From Eledone cirrhosa (lineage: Eukaryota): a DNA stretch of 64,000 nt. Where the stretch lies: assembly GCA_964016885.1 (NCBI GenBank), contig OZ024758.1, positions 20,088,001 to 20,152,000 of the forward strand. Reading direction: 5' to 3'. The notes beneath the pieces are model-generated. The model was not told the DNA's origin, searched no databases, and saw only the letters and a program-made list of their open reading frames with translations. This document shows, piece after piece, positions 29,140-43,497 of this stretch. Position 1 is the stretch's first letter, and every line of letters begins with the position of its first letter. The position numbers were made by a program, and so were the translations under genes.

Positions 29140-29466
29140 TCAAAAAGCCAGAAATAAAAAGACATGATTCTCAAATGAAACAGAATAGGTTTGAAAGCAA
29201 ATGTGATACACCTCGACCGTATAAATTGTTGATAGGCATCACAGTTATTTATGAGAATCTAGATGGAATTATGTTTGCTTCGCAATATGATATAATGCAC
29301 TGGAATTATATAAACTGTCCAATGGTGCTGTAGAGAAATGTTCACTGCACTTCAATGACGCAAGTCTCATGCTATTCAATATTCCAATGGAATTGAGCAT
29401 ATAAATATATACATACATAATCCCGTCTCCTTTTCTGTATTTCTCTCTCTCTATTGTTGTCTCTCA

Positions 29467-29548
<82 letters not shown>

Positions 29549-29599
29549 ATCTCTATCTCCCTCCCACCCCCTCTCTCTCTATCTCTGTCTCTCTCAATA

Positions 29600-29641
<42 letters not shown>

Positions 29642-29667
29642 TTCATATATATATATATAGAGAGAGA

Positions 29668-29714
<47 letters not shown>

Positions 29715-29833
29715 ATATATATATATAGATTTAAATATATATATATAGAGAGAGAGATTTATATATATATATAGAGAGAGAGAGATTTATATATATATAT
29801 ACATAGAGATTTATATATATATATATAGAGAGT

Positions 29834-29902
<69 letters not shown>

Positions 29903-30130
29903 ACATATATTCAGCATGCATGCACCGTTCTTTGGGATATATATACTTTTGCAAAATGCGGGAAGAATGCCAAAACATATATTTAAAAAAATAGTGTGTT
30001 GGCAAATAAATATTGAAGCACCTTATAGGTTATACATTTCTATATAGCTATCATCTCTCCATCTACGTATCTATAATCCTCCACTCTTTGTCTTTTCTCT
30101 TCTCTTGAAGTCACTGTATATATGTATATA

Positions 30131-30181
<51 letters not shown>

Positions 30182-30219
30182 TATTCAGACACAAACACAC
30201 ACATACACACACACACTCG

Positions 30220-30251
<32 letters not shown>

Positions 30252-30256
30252 GATAT

Positions 30257-30450
30257 AACAAAGGAATTGTGGTATGGAACCGGAGGGACCATAACGCACC
30301 AGAGTACTCGATACTTAGGTTAGTAGAGTGGGAAATAGGAAAAAGTATGACTCCGACCGCAGAGCTCAGTCCGTTTCGACGGCTATTTCTGGACTAGAAA
30401 TAGACGTCGAAACGGCTTGAGCTCTTCCGGCGGGGTCATACTTTTTCCCT
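30257..30450 (-). mobile_element. Hairpin family H copy
   Basis: Same tail, then the palindrome ggaaaaagtatgac..gagctc..ccgtttcgacggctatttct ggact agaaatagacgtcgaaacgg..gagctc..gtcatactttttcc; (TA)n on both sides. Confidence 0.85.
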
Positions 30451-30468
30451 ATATATATATATAATATC

Positions 30469-30508
<40 letters not shown>

Positions 30509-30577
30509 ATGCATATACATACTTACACACACACATTATTTATATATAAAGATTTATTCATGCATATTTATATTCAC

Positions 30578-30632
<55 letters not shown>

Positions 30633-30823
30633 GGGGTGTGTGTATGTGTGTGTGTGTGCGTGTGTGTTTACATATTACTGTATGTGGAAACGACTATTAT
30701 TATTAACACAGACATATGATTTTAAGTGTACCCATCATACTTCCACAAAACCAATCGATATATATCATTCTATCACTCCCTGTGTACATTTGTCTGAAAT
30801 TTAATACGCCTAATGGGTGTATA

Positions 30824-30857
<34 letters not shown>

Positions 30858-30961
30858 TGTGTGTGTATATATATATATGTGTGTGTATTTATGTGTGTGT
30901 GTATTTATTTATATGTATGTAAATGTGTGTGTATATATATTTATATATGTATGTATATATG

Positions 30962-31020
<59 letters not shown>

Positions 31021-31199
31021 CTATACATTTGTGAGTGTGTGGATATGTAGCAATACCCGTAGGTGTGAAGAGATGAGAAATATTATTTTATTCATGTTTA
31101 TACACGAAATAAAGCCGCTACGAAACGTTTCAAAGACCACACCTCCAGAAAACAAAAGACATCAACATAGTAACATTTCTGGAGACGCTTATGTATAAT

Positions 31200-31380
31200 T
31201 TTTTATACTTTTGATCAAGGCCAGCAATTTCCAAATATATTACTGGTACTTTATTTTATCGACCCCGTAAGGATGAAAGACAAAGTTAACCTCGGCGGAA
31301 TTTGAACTCAGAACGTGTGGGACGTAACTATGCTGGAAAGCATATCCGACCCTCTACAGATACTGCCAATTCACCGCCCC
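31200..31380 (-). mobile_element. SINE family A, with possible target-site duplication acgcttatgtataat
   Basis: Family core. acgcttatgtataat occurs on both sides (~31185-31199 and ~31386-31400). Confidence 0.88.
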
Positions 31381-31974
31381 GCATACGCTTATGTATAATG
31401 AGAGTCAGAGATAAGCATTGAGGGTGAAAGATTGTGATAAAGTGTGATAGAAACGGGAAATACCGACTAACTGGCAGAATTTTCAGAAAGTCCCTGAGAA
31501 ATCTGTGTTAGATACGTTGTACGAACTGATTAAATTTCAAGATTTCAACCGAGTTCATATATCTATTGATTATTTAGAGGCCGATGGAAGTCTACCAGTC
31601 CAAGACTGAGGTTGATCATTTCTCTGCATCTAATCCTTACATGCTTTATGTTTCTCCTTCTCTCATATTCGGTCTCTTTTCTTTCACACACCAAATCTCT
31701 CTGGAAACACTGGTTGCGTTCACTCGAAGAAGGTTGATGGTATGTGGCCTTTAATAAGTGTCAAAAAGGATCCCTTGCGATTCCATGAGAATTTTCTGTT
31801 TCAGAAATCTCTCTCCTCTTCTCTCCCTCTCTGTCTCTCTATCTCCCCTTCTCTCTCTCTCTTCACACACATCTTCACACAGACACACGCACATACAGCG
31901 ACACTCACACCTACACACACACACGTTGCAATATAAATACAGATGTGTTGGTATCTGTGTTTCATCATATATAT

Positions 31975-32041
<67 letters not shown>

Positions 32042-32082
32042 GTGTGTGTTTGTGTGTGTGTGTGTATATAATGTGAAGGTGC

Positions 32083-32380
32083 ATGTATTGGATTATAAAG
32101 AATTGAGCTTATAATCGTGAAGTTGTGAGTTCGATTCCCATATATGTCGGTTTATGTATTTGTGAAAGACACATTTTCTCGTTGCTCCACTTCAGGCAGC
32201 TATAAAATGAGCTGCGACGTCACTGATGCGGAGCTGTACCGCAATTTGTATTTCCTTTGGACAACATCTTTGAAGTCGAGAGATGAAGAGTTACGCATGC
32301 GTGGCTGCTGTTTTATACAACAATATTTTCATGACTAGTTCCTCAGGAGGGAACTTTCTGAATGTAAATCCCATTGGTTA
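32083..32380 (+). mobile_element. SINE family B, diverged
   Basis: gtgagttcgattccc B-box; aagacacattttctcgttgctccac..cagctataaaatgagctgcgacgtcactg. Confidence 0.6.
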
Positions 32381-32744
32381 CGATTGATCATGAGATTTGC
32401 ACCTAGAATGTTCCCCTCCGATTCACAAGCCCAGGCAAGGATGTTTGTGGCATACTAGCAGTCGGCCATGCTTTCCAGTCTCCACTCTCCATGCCACCGA
32501 TGTGGCAGACCAGCAGTCACCCAGATATACAAATGTCCTCTGACACGTCACCGATTTTGTCAAAAGGCCGATAAAGTGTGTCTCCGGTGACGTCACAAGC
32601 GTTTCTACAGCTGAGTGAACTGGAGCAACGTGAATATAGTTCTAGAATCAACAAGACAAAGACAGTGATGCTTTGAATCAATGTCTTATACAGCTTAGGA
32701 GGAAGTAAACGTATGTTTCAACTGATCAGCCAGGGGTCATTATT

Positions 32745-32960
32745 TAAGTAACATAGCGGTCGCTCTCCGATAGGTTTGTGGTTGTACGCTTGGCAGTTGA
32801 GACTTCTGGTGTCCTCGGGCCCTAGGGCTACCTCTCTACTCACGACCATAGGCGCTGAGCTGGCCAGCCGCAGGTGTTAGCCACACGAGCTGGAATCGCT
32901 TTGCAGCGTCTCTCCCTTGCCATCCTTCGGGAAAACGCCTTCTCCATTCTGTCCGCCGGG
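32745..32960 (+). mobile_element. 3' end of a CRE-like (RLE) non-LTR retrotransposon, decayed
   Basis: Across frameshifts it translates to LAVETSGVLGP..ATSLLTTIGAELA..ELES..QRLSLAILRENAFSILSA, matching the PxAVETxGxxG...QRLSxAxxRGNA terminus of CRE-type RLE domains. Followed by a poly-G run. Confidence 0.75.
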
Positions 32961-33485
32961 GGGGGGGGGGGGGGGGGGGAGGCCAACAATATGATTGACT
33001 GACTCTTCATTGTATCAGTCAGATGTTCTAATGAGTCTGCCAATTTGCTGCCCTTGATGATGTATATAAAGTATATAAATTATACACAAGGATACACATG
33101 TACTTCGATGTGCATTTATTTAGTAATAGGAAAGCTCAGAAAGAGAGAGAGAGAGAGAGAGAGAGAAGTTCCGGATTACCGGAATGTAAAACATTATTTT
33201 TAAAAATGAGATAGGTGCGTAAAGTATGCAATTAGTCCGACCAGCGAGGATGGGATCAGAGTTAAAGTGTCAAGGCGTGTCACAATTGCTGCTATGTGTA
33301 CGGATAAAGAGCATTCCTGGATGTGCATTATGTGTGAGTATGTGTGTATACTTGTGTGATTTGCGTGTCGTTGATGGAAATGTATATATATATATATAAT
33401 GTCCATACATATATTTATATATGTGTGTGTATATATACATGCCCATACATATATTTATGTAGGAATATATGTATATGTGTATATG

Positions 33486-33560
<75 letters not shown>

Positions 33561-33564
<4 letters not shown>

Positions 33565-33671
33565 TAAAATAACAGATTAAAGTTTAAGCAAATAATCGGT
33601 GCTTTCACCCTTAATGGGATCTTCTGAAACTAACAAAGTCAATCTGTAAACGCAGAAGTGGATATTTCAAC
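33561..33671 (-). mobile_element. Family R fragment consisting almost only of the extended hammerhead (33572-33647)
   Basis: Minus strand reads acagattga-ctttgtt-agttt-CAGAAGA-TCCC attaa GGGT-GAAA-GCA ccgattatt TGCT-T-aaact-ttaatctgt; abuts (TA)n. Confidence 0.75.
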
Positions 33672-34119
33672 AGGTGAAATGTATGTATATGAGTGTATAT
33701 ATATATAAGTACATACATACATACATATACATTATTTGTTCCATATTTTATCTACACTGATTTTTTGTTGCAACACCATTGAATTATGTATTTATGTTTT
33801 TTTCCTCTTAACCAGACACATCTACGCTTCATTCGCGCAAGATATGTATCTATTCATCCGTCCATGAATACTGCAATCTGTCACTCTATTTTACCTGTTC
33901 ATCCTTGCCTGCTTCTCGTAATCTCCAAAACAGTTTCTTTTCTTTTGTTTGAAGATTCTTTATATGTTTCCTTAGTACAACCTAGCACCTGTGTTCCCGA
34001 TGTTTCCTGTCAGTTCCAGAGATGTAAAGACAAAGATGCTGTTCTCGTATTAGACCTAGCTGTATATGTAACAATTGATCACACTCGCATAGACACGTTT
34101 GCATCTATGTGTGTGTGTT

Positions 34120-34160
<41 letters not shown>

Positions 34161-34259
34161 CTGTGTGTCTGTGTCTGTGTTTGTTTGTTTGTTTCTCTGT
34201 TTGTACATATATATATGTATGTATATACATATGTGTGTTTGTGTACACACACATACACA

Positions 34260-34303
<44 letters not shown>

Positions 34304-34445
34304 TAAATATACACATATATGTAGACATATATATACACATATAGGTATACATACATGTGTATATATATGTTTACATATATGTGTATATATATGTATATTT
34401 ATGTATATATATAAATATATATGTGTGTACACAAACACACATATG

Positions 34446-34497
<52 letters not shown>

Positions 34498-34638
34498 TAT
34501 ATTCATTAGTTAAGCAAAATAAGACCACAAACTTCACAAGGAAGACATTATTAAAAGAATGTCAACATATTCTATCCTCTCATATCTCCTCTACTATCTC
34601 CATCTCTCTCTTTAAGATTGGTTACTCTAGAACTGTGT

Positions 34639-34792
<154 letters not shown>

Positions 34793-34795
34793 GTA

Positions 34796-34840
<45 letters not shown>

Positions 34841-35188
34841 GGATATGTATACATAAACATATATGTATATAACATTAACGTTTAAAATCTAATATCCTTG
34901 TCTATTAAATCAATTCTAATTCACATATATCCTTCTTCTCAATCGCTCCATTCCTCTCTGACCCTCTCCTTCTCTCTCACACTCTCTCTTTTCCAACTCT
35001 CACCTTCCCTCATTCTCTCTTTCTCCCTCACTCTATCGGTCTCTCTTCTTCCTTTCACTTGCAACTTAGGTTTGCATTGCTTACAATTTGTCAACCAAAG
35101 CGTAAGACACTGAATATATTCATCCAATCTCATATAATTGCTGTTTATTTCATCACATCACCACATTGATCTAAAGCACAGAAACCTC

Positions 35189-35320
<132 letters not shown>

Positions 35321-35726
35321 CTACATGAAACCTAATCTCTTTCCATCTCTCGGCCTTTGAATCTCTCTCCTTTACCACATTTGCTCCCAGCCCACCTCAA
35401 CCTTAGTCCACTTAATCACCAACACATGATTTTGAACAATACTTTCTCTATAAAAATGCAACAACATAGTATCACGTAGTATCTCCCTTTCAACAGGTCA
35501 GCATAGTTTGTAATTCCACTCTTATGTCTCCCTTGGAATGTCAGAGAGAGAGATATGTTGTTTGTCTCCTGAAGCTTGTCGGTCAGCTGGTGGGTTAGCT
35601 GGTTTGATGGATTGTTATTTGTTAGGTGATTTCCATCCGTTTTTGTTGACAATAATGGTCTTTTCAGATTGATATGATGTTTTGAGTTTAAATGATTAAA
35701 ATTACACAGAGGTATATATATATATA

Positions 35727-35812
<86 letters not shown>

Positions 35813-36020
35813 GGACGTAAAATAAGAAAATAAAAAAAAAAGATTTAACAATTTTTTAAATCTTTCTTTATTTTCTCATTTTACGTCCTTCATATTATTG
35901 TTCTGCATCCTCCTACATTGAACCACCTAGGTACTATGACATAACTTATGTATTTGCTGGCATTAGCGTACATCTGTACGCATATGTTAGTAGATATACT
36001 AAATTCTCTATATACATATA

Positions 36021-36720
<700 letters not shown>

Positions 36721-36722
<2 letters not shown>

Positions 36723-36836
36723 ATTGTTTCTACTTTAGGCACAAGGCCAGCAATTACGCAGTGAATTGCTGGTACTTTATTTTATCGACCCCGTAAGGAT
36801 GAAAGAAAAAGTCAACCTCGGCGGGATTTGAACTCA
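36721..36836 (-). mobile_element. SINE family A, truncated
   Basis: Family core, reverse complement. Confidence 0.88.
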
Positions 36837-38051
36837 ATATATATATAATAATAATAATAAATGCGAAGACTAAATTCCGAAGAGAGCTCGATAATGATTA
36901 TATATATATAATATATATATATATAAACTCGTAGAGCAAATATTTATTATAAAAACAGATTAAAGTTTATACACAAACAACCACAGCAAAGAGTCAGGTC
37001 CCCTCTTTCATATAACCACACTCTACTACTTAAAGTATCGAGTTCTCTGGTGATCACTTGTCTTATCAGTTTCTTATTGTATCGAATCATTTTTTCTGCA
37101 CATACAGCAAAGTGAGTAATTAGTACGTTATTCTGAATTTTGTCTATAAAAGACACTATCTGGCTTTCTCTTGTTCCAATATGTGATTAAATTCTATCAT
37201 AAGATACCACACATATTTTAACATGGTCATATTCACACCTCCTTTATGCTCATGACATCTTTCTACCTGTTATGGCATTCTCATCTCACGCAGTTGCTAC
37301 AAGATATATCTTTTTCATGCATTCATCTGTACACACGTAGGGCTTATTTCGTGCACTTACTAACCATAAGGTTAGGGATTTCGCCATGACCACAATATAA
37401 ACTGGACGAAAGTCATGCTGAACTCTTATTTTCGTGAAATCTGATATAATTTGCCCTCAGTGTTTGTTCCTATGTACTGCATTTCGAAGATTCCGTGCAC
37501 TCCCTCACATCCACTTATATTTCCGGTCTACATTAACGTGGATCCTAATGCATTGATCAATATATTGCCTTATATTTACACAGAATCTTTAGTAATCTGT
37601 TCATAACATTTTTGTAATTACCTGAACTAACTGCACCCACAGTCTCAACTATACCATTCTTCCCTACATCCTTTCAAAACTATTTCTTATTTTACTTTAC
37701 ACACCAGCTCACACCGTATTCCCTTAAAACTATTCAACTCTCACATATATTCTTCCTAGTTCTATTTGATAATTCAATCACCATGTCTCATTAAAGACAC
37801 GGTTCGTGTGTTATTACGTTCGTGTTATTCCTTCCGTGTAGCTTAGATTCCATGATTAGTTTGTCTCCTCTGATATATTCATTTCCAAACATTTATTTCA
37901 TGTCTTTTTCTTCTAACTTGCTCCGAAATCCCAAGATATTTTTTCCTTCGTTATCCGCAAGTTTATGACATTTACTTTTGGCAATTGATTCCCTCTCTCT
38001 GATGATGTTTCCCTTTCTCCAGTATAGACAAGCCCCGGTTTCTGAAATAAA

Positions 38052-38291
38052 TCTACTGTATCTAGACCCGGAGACGATATGAGCTCCGTCAGGTTGAAAA
38101 TGGCCCTAGAAACGTATATCAATGTGTCGCCCGTATGGCACCCCCAAGAGTTACCGGACCATAGATGCATAAACCTACTGTATGTAGAACCGGAAAGAAG
38201 ATGAGCTCCATTAGGTTTAACATGGCCCTAGAAACGCCGCATGTCAATATGTCGCCCGTATGACACGCCCAAGAGTTACCGGATCTTAGAT
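38052..38291 (+). repeat. Diverged tandem duplication of a ~124-bp unit
   Basis: ctactgtat.taga.ccgga...atgagctcc..aggtt.aa.atggccctagaaacg...tcaat.tgtcgcccgtatg.cac.cccaagagttaccgga occurs at 38052 and 38176. Confidence 0.85.
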
Positions 38292-38787
38292 TCCTCCATG
38301 AATAAGGAAATGAAACCTTAATTACAGCACAAGTATACACTACATTTGTTTCTATAAACATCTAAGAGCATCTGTTTGAATCTAACATATTGATTCTCTA
38401 CTTCCGAGTACAATCTTTTCAAAACAAACAATAAGGACAAAGGACTCGTATCTCCTCACTCGTCATCGATATATTTCTCCTCAGGTTGCATTCACTGTCC
38501 ACTATACAACACATGAAGTACTAAACAATAGAAGCCACCTGGGTATAAGAGGAATGTAATAACAGATTAGGTTTATGTATTAACCCTTCTCTTGATGTGT
38601 GCTGCATTACCAATCAATACAAACAAAAATACATAACTTAAATTAAGCAGAGCTGGAATGTGACACCATTCTATGTATACTTATCGACCCATTCTGTCTA
38701 GACACTTAAAAAAAGCTGCTTTTTTTTTTCGTGTGTTTTTTAATGTTGTATTCTTGCAAAAATATTTGCAACATCAATAATCGTATT

Positions 38788-39270
38788 TGGCCCATACATG
38801 TCGCTTGGTTGCACACTACTAACGGTATGAGCAAAGGAAAGGAATCAGTCTCTCAATGATCGGATTGTTGGCCCATACATGTCGCTTGGTTGCACACTAC
38901 TAACGGTATGAGCAAAGGAAAGGAATCAGTCTCTCAATGATCGGATTGTTGGCCCATACATGTCGCTTGGTTACACACTACTAACGGTATGAGCAAAGGA
39001 AAGGAATCAGTCTCTCAATGATCGGATTGTTGGCCCATACATGTAGCTTGGTTACACACTACTAACGGTAGGAGCAGCAGAAAAGAATCAATCACTCAAT
39101 GATCGGATGTTTGGCCCATACATGTAGCTTGGTTACACACTACTAACGGTATGGGCAAAGGAAAAGAATCAATCCCTCAATGATCGGATGTTTGGCCCAT
39201 ATATGTCGCTTGGTTACAGACTACTAAAGGTATGAGCAGAGGAAAAGAATCAGTCGCTCAATGATCGGGT
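38788..39270. repeat. 81-bp minisatellite, 6 copies
   Basis: Unit tggcccatacatgtcgcttggttRcacactactaacggtatgagcaaaggaaaggaatcagtctctcaatgatcggattgt starts at 38788, 38869, 38950, 39031, 39112 and 39193. Confidence 0.95.
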
Positions 39271-39344
39271 GTAGCTTATTCAAATGAATGCGAAAGTATC
39301 TATCGTATAGTTTCAACAACTGCTGATAGAATTAGCAGATAACG

Positions 39345-39507
39345 GTTTCTACTCTTGGCACAATGTCAACAATTTCCCAGTGCATTACTAGTACTTTGTT
39401 GTATCGACCCCGTAAGGATGAAAGGCAAAGTTAACCTCAGCGGTATGTGAACTCAGATCATAAAGGGAAGTAACTCTATGCTTCAAAGCATGGCGTCCGC
39501 CCTCTAA
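39345..39507 (-). mobile_element. SINE family A
   Basis: Family core, reverse complement. Confidence 0.85.
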
Positions 39508-39669
39508 CTAGAACTAACAGATAACGCTCCTACAACTTATTCCCATTCACTTAAAAGAATTAAATGAATAGATCAATAAAATTATTTATATACAGACAGA
39601 CGAATTGTCACCTCTGGCAGGTATTTGAAACGTTGGTCTAGTCAATTGTTGTTCATCTTTCACTAAACA

Positions 39670-39735
39670 ACACAGCGCGTCTCCCTTGCCGCCCACCGGG
39701 GAAACGCCACTCCATTCTGTCCGCCGGGACTGTGG
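39670..39735 (+). mobile_element. CRE-like 3'-terminal fragment, second copy
   Basis: cagcgcgtctcccttgccgcccaccggggaaacgcc-actccattctgtccgccggg (QRVSLAAHRGNA.SILSAG), homologous to 32903-32960. Confidence 0.7.
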
Positions 39736-40134
39736 GTAGGCCCCGTCGCGTACCAATACATTAGTTAAATACCATTCTTTCATCTAATATATGTCTAAAT
39801 TATATTTTGTACAATAATAAATTACATGCTATCAAGTAAAAAAAAAAAAAAAAAAAATTATTAAAAGCTAGTTGTTAAACAAAAAAAATGGGGAGAACAG
39901 TTTTGATAGAAGGAATAGAGACAACAATTACTTTTCCATAGTGACACAATTCCTCCAATATAAGCAGAATATATTTTGCAGCAAGTATATCTGGTTTAAA
40001 CAAAGTTGCTTAGCCACCTACCAAAGTAGAATGTCGAGTAGCGTCTATCTAACAATATATCAGAGCTTGTGTACATGTGGGATTGATTTCTTAGTTTTGT
40101 GTTTCCTTTTATATATCTGTATGTATTATACTGC

Positions 40135-40312
40135 ATCGTTTCGGTAGAGAGTCGGACGCCATGCTTTGACACATAGAGTTACGGCCCTTGCCATTCTGAG
40201 GTCAAATCCCGCCGAGCTTAACTTTGCCTTTCATCCTTACGGGGTCGATAAAATAAAGTACCAGTAATGCACTGGGTGATTGCTGGCCTTGTGCCACAAG
40301 TAGAAACAATTA
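40135..40312 (+). mobile_element. SINE family A
   Basis: cggtagagagtcggacgccatg head plus family core. Confidence 0.88.
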
Positions 40313-40477
40313 TAATGCGTCGTCAGACTTAACAGTTGCTTTGTGAAGAGGCTTCTATAAAATACCTTTAATAACCCAGAATATGTAGGTTGATATAAAA
40401 GTTAATATCATATGAGGTAGTAGCTTAAGTAGGATGTTGCATTCGCAGTGCTACTGGTATATGCATGTATATGTATA

Positions 40478-40488
40478 TGTGTGTGTGT

Positions 40489-40553
<65 letters not shown>

Positions 40554-40727
40554 TGTGTGGGGGTGTGTGTGTGGGTGGGTGGGTGTGTGTGTGTGTGTGT
40601 GTGTGGGGGTGGGTGTTTGTGTGTGGGTGTGGGTGTGTGTGTGTGTGTTTGTGTGTGGGTGGGTGTGTTTGTGTGTGGGTGGGTGTGTGGGTGTGTGTGG
40701 GTGTGTGTGTGTGTGTGCGCGTGTGTC
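40478..40727. repeat. (GT)n/(GGGT)n microsatellite
   Basis: Directly visible. Confidence 0.95.
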
Positions 40728-41146
40728 TTTATTGTTTGTTTATATGTGTATTATGTCTTCACACAGCCTGAATATTGTTGGTGACACACCTCACTATATT
40801 CGTCGGTGCTGTCCTGAGGATTAAAAGAATGTATATTCTAATAATATAAAACACAATGGTATCGCAATCTTAAAAGAGAGGACTTTTCCCATATTTATTG
40901 CAAGCTGAACCGACAAATATTGTAAATAAATCAAGCATGACGGCGTCTTTGCAACAAATAACCAGTTGGATTTGTAATTGTTTATAGCGTAGCGTCTCAG
41001 CTATTTTTATTCAGCTGGATAATATCACATACACAGATCGATATTTAACCAGTCTAGTCAAGCGTGAACCAGAGAACAAACGAATAATTAGCCCTGAATC
41101 TTAACTCTTCCAGCAATATACCATTGAAAATATTATATTCAATATA

Positions 41147-41188
<42 letters not shown>

Positions 41189-41321
41189 TGTTATACTTTG
41201 GGAGAGTCATGTTGTCACTAAGAAACGAAATATATATACATACATATGTATATATATACAGTATATATGAGTCAGCATTTGTGATTCCCTCTCCCACATT
41301 TCTCTCTCTCTCTCTGTCTCT

Positions 41322-41356
<35 letters not shown>

Positions 41357-41360
<4 letters not shown>

Positions 41361-41490
41361 AAAAGTATGACCCCGACTGCAGAGCTCAAGCCGTTTGATA
41401 CTTTTCTTCGGGGTCATACTTTTACTAGCCTAAGTATTGAGTAATCTGGTGCGTGATGGTGCATCTGGTTCGTTACCACAATTCTTTTGT
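41357..41490 (+). mobile_element. Hairpin family H, internally deleted copy
   Basis: ggaaaagtatgaccccgactgcagagctcaagccgttt...cggggtcatacttttac...agtattgagtaatctggtgcgtgatggt...ttaccacaattc. Confidence 0.75.
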
Positions 41491-41494
41491 TATA

Positions 41495-41573
<79 letters not shown>

Positions 41574-41591
41574 ATATATGATATATATACA

Positions 41592-41753
41592 TCCCGCCCG
41601 TCCCCTCAATCTATGTTATTTTTCATTCTTTCTTCTGATGAAGGAATAGCGTCCGAAACGTTAAGACCATATTCCTGTTATATCAAGCGTTAACCTAATA
41701 TATCCGTTCCATATATTGTGCCGATTGTGTTGTTGTTTCGGTTTACCTTTTAC
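41592..41753 (+). mobile_element. HHR-bearing short repeat family P, copy 2
   Basis: Homologous to 9436-9576 and 58862-59028; ends accttttac before (ATAC)/(AT)n. Confidence 0.8.
41631..41666 (+). ncRNA. Minimal type-I hammerhead ribozyme, intact core
   Basis: TCTT-CTGATGA-aGGA atagcg TCC-GAAA-C-GTT-AAGA: stem I TCTT/AAGA, loopless palindromic stem III (ACGT), GUU site. Confidence 0.75.
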
Positions 41754-41769
41754 ATACATATATATATAT

Positions 41770-41851
<82 letters not shown>

Positions 41852-42217
41852 CCTGATACCAAACAAATAAATGTACGAAATAATACCAAGTCATATCGGG
41901 ACCCCCGATACTTTAGATCAACTGAATGTAATTGGGTGAGGTTTTTCTTAAACAAGAGACAATGCTCCTTACATGTAACATAAAGTACTCCATTGATGTC
42001 TCCAAATTTGAAATGACAATTGATTATCTACTGATGTAGAACAGCGTTGGGTTTTATGCAGTTTCTGCCTATTAACTATTTTCTACACAATGCTTGCTTG
42101 ACCCATTTATATAAAAGGAGTAACCCACCAGTTGTGAGAGGCAGTCGCTTTCAGACTGAAGCCACGGAGATTTAATACAGTGTTCTATACTTAAAGCACA
42201 ATATATTTATATTATAT

Positions 42218-42405
42218 AATTGTTTCTACATTTGGCACAAGGCCAGCAAATACCCAGTACATTACTGGTACTTTATTTTATCGACCCCGTAAGGATGAAA
42301 GGCAAAGTTAACCTCGGCGGGATTTGAACACAGACCATAAAGAGACTTAACTATGCTGGAAAGCATGGCGGCCGACTCTCTACCGATACTGCCAATTCAC
42401 CGCCC
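42218..42405 (-). mobile_element. SINE family A, full length
   Basis: Minus strand starts gggcggtgaattggcagtatcggtagagagtcg (A box), then gtgttcaaatccc (B box) and the family core. Confidence 0.9.
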
Positions 42406-42803
42406 TAATGCGATTACTCTTTACCAAACATGACTTTCTTTCTTAGTAGGCCTATTACATCTCGTTTTTAGATTAATATGGTATAACATGCTAGATACAT
42501 ATTGCTATTTCAAGTACATTTAGTGTCTGATAGAAAATACATGTTTGAGAAGAAATAAAGTGTAATGTTTTTGTCTGATTTTTCTTGTGATCATTAGATG
42601 TTTAACTTATCATGTTCCTTACACATACATGATTGAATTCAATATCGTCATAATAATTCTAGAATTCCTCTATTCCCATCACCGTTTTATCAATGGCTGT
42701 CAATTATTCGCTCTGTTTGTACATCTCGCTCATTTTCTCTTTTTCATACTCCTTTCTGTCTCGTTCATACAAGCCTCATGCACATTATTATTTCTAGCAC
42801 AAT

Positions 42804-42990
42804 AGGACGGTGAATTGCTAGTATCTGTTGAGGGTTATACGCCATACTTTCTAGCATAATTACGTCCCATTACAGAGTTCAAATCCCATCGAGGTTAACT
42901 TTGCCTTTCTTCCTTACGGGGTGGATAAAATAAAGTACTAGTAATGTACTGAGTAATTGTTGGCCTAGAGCCTAATGTAGAAACAATTAT
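42804..42990 (+). mobile_element. SINE family A, diverged full length
   Basis: aggacggtgaattgctagtatc head, gagttcaaatccc, family core. Confidence 0.85.
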
Positions 42991-42995
42991 AGTTT

Positions 42996-43497
42996 CTAGC
43001 AGAAAAACCGCCCTTCGGCTGGATTTTTGCTAGCATCTGTAGTATGCCTATTGATATATTACGCAAATATATATGCATATAGAAATTATATGTCCAAATA
43101 AAATCGTAATTGACAATATCCACAGAAATTGAAGAGAGTCTGTGTTACACTCTCTTGTGCAATCAGTAAAGTAATCAACGATATTTTAAAAAAAGACGAT
43201 ATTATATATAATTTGCATTAAGAGAAAATTAGCGACGGAAATATATGGGATGTGTTTATATATTAAAATATAATGGGCGTTAACCGGAATTGTTGACATT
43301 TGAAAATGTTGAAGAAGTGAATCTTGAAATAAGCAATAACATTATTTATAGTTAATCACGAGTTACGAAATTTAGTACATAAATTATATAATATTCATTC
43401 ATTTTTTATTCAAAGTAATCAAATTTATTTTACAAACGGAATCCCAAAATATATACTCTGGGCGTAGTCCCGCACTCCGTTTTTATTATAGTTAAGA
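42996..43497 (-). mobile_element. Candidate non-autonomous Helitron (~500 bp)
   Basis: The minus strand starts a|TCTTAACTATAATAAAAACGG at 43497. It ends with a GC hairpin (ccagccgaagggcgg) about 7 nt before a terminal CTAG at 42996. The 3' flanking base is A, not the canonical T. Confidence 0.55.

Noticed and set aside
38788-39270. CRISPR array, zinc-finger array or selenoprotein repeat
   Set aside because: Units are contiguous with no unique spacers and no cas genes. The period is 81, not 84, with no CxxC..HxxxH, and stops occur in all frames. TGA-only frames have no supporting SECIS evidence.
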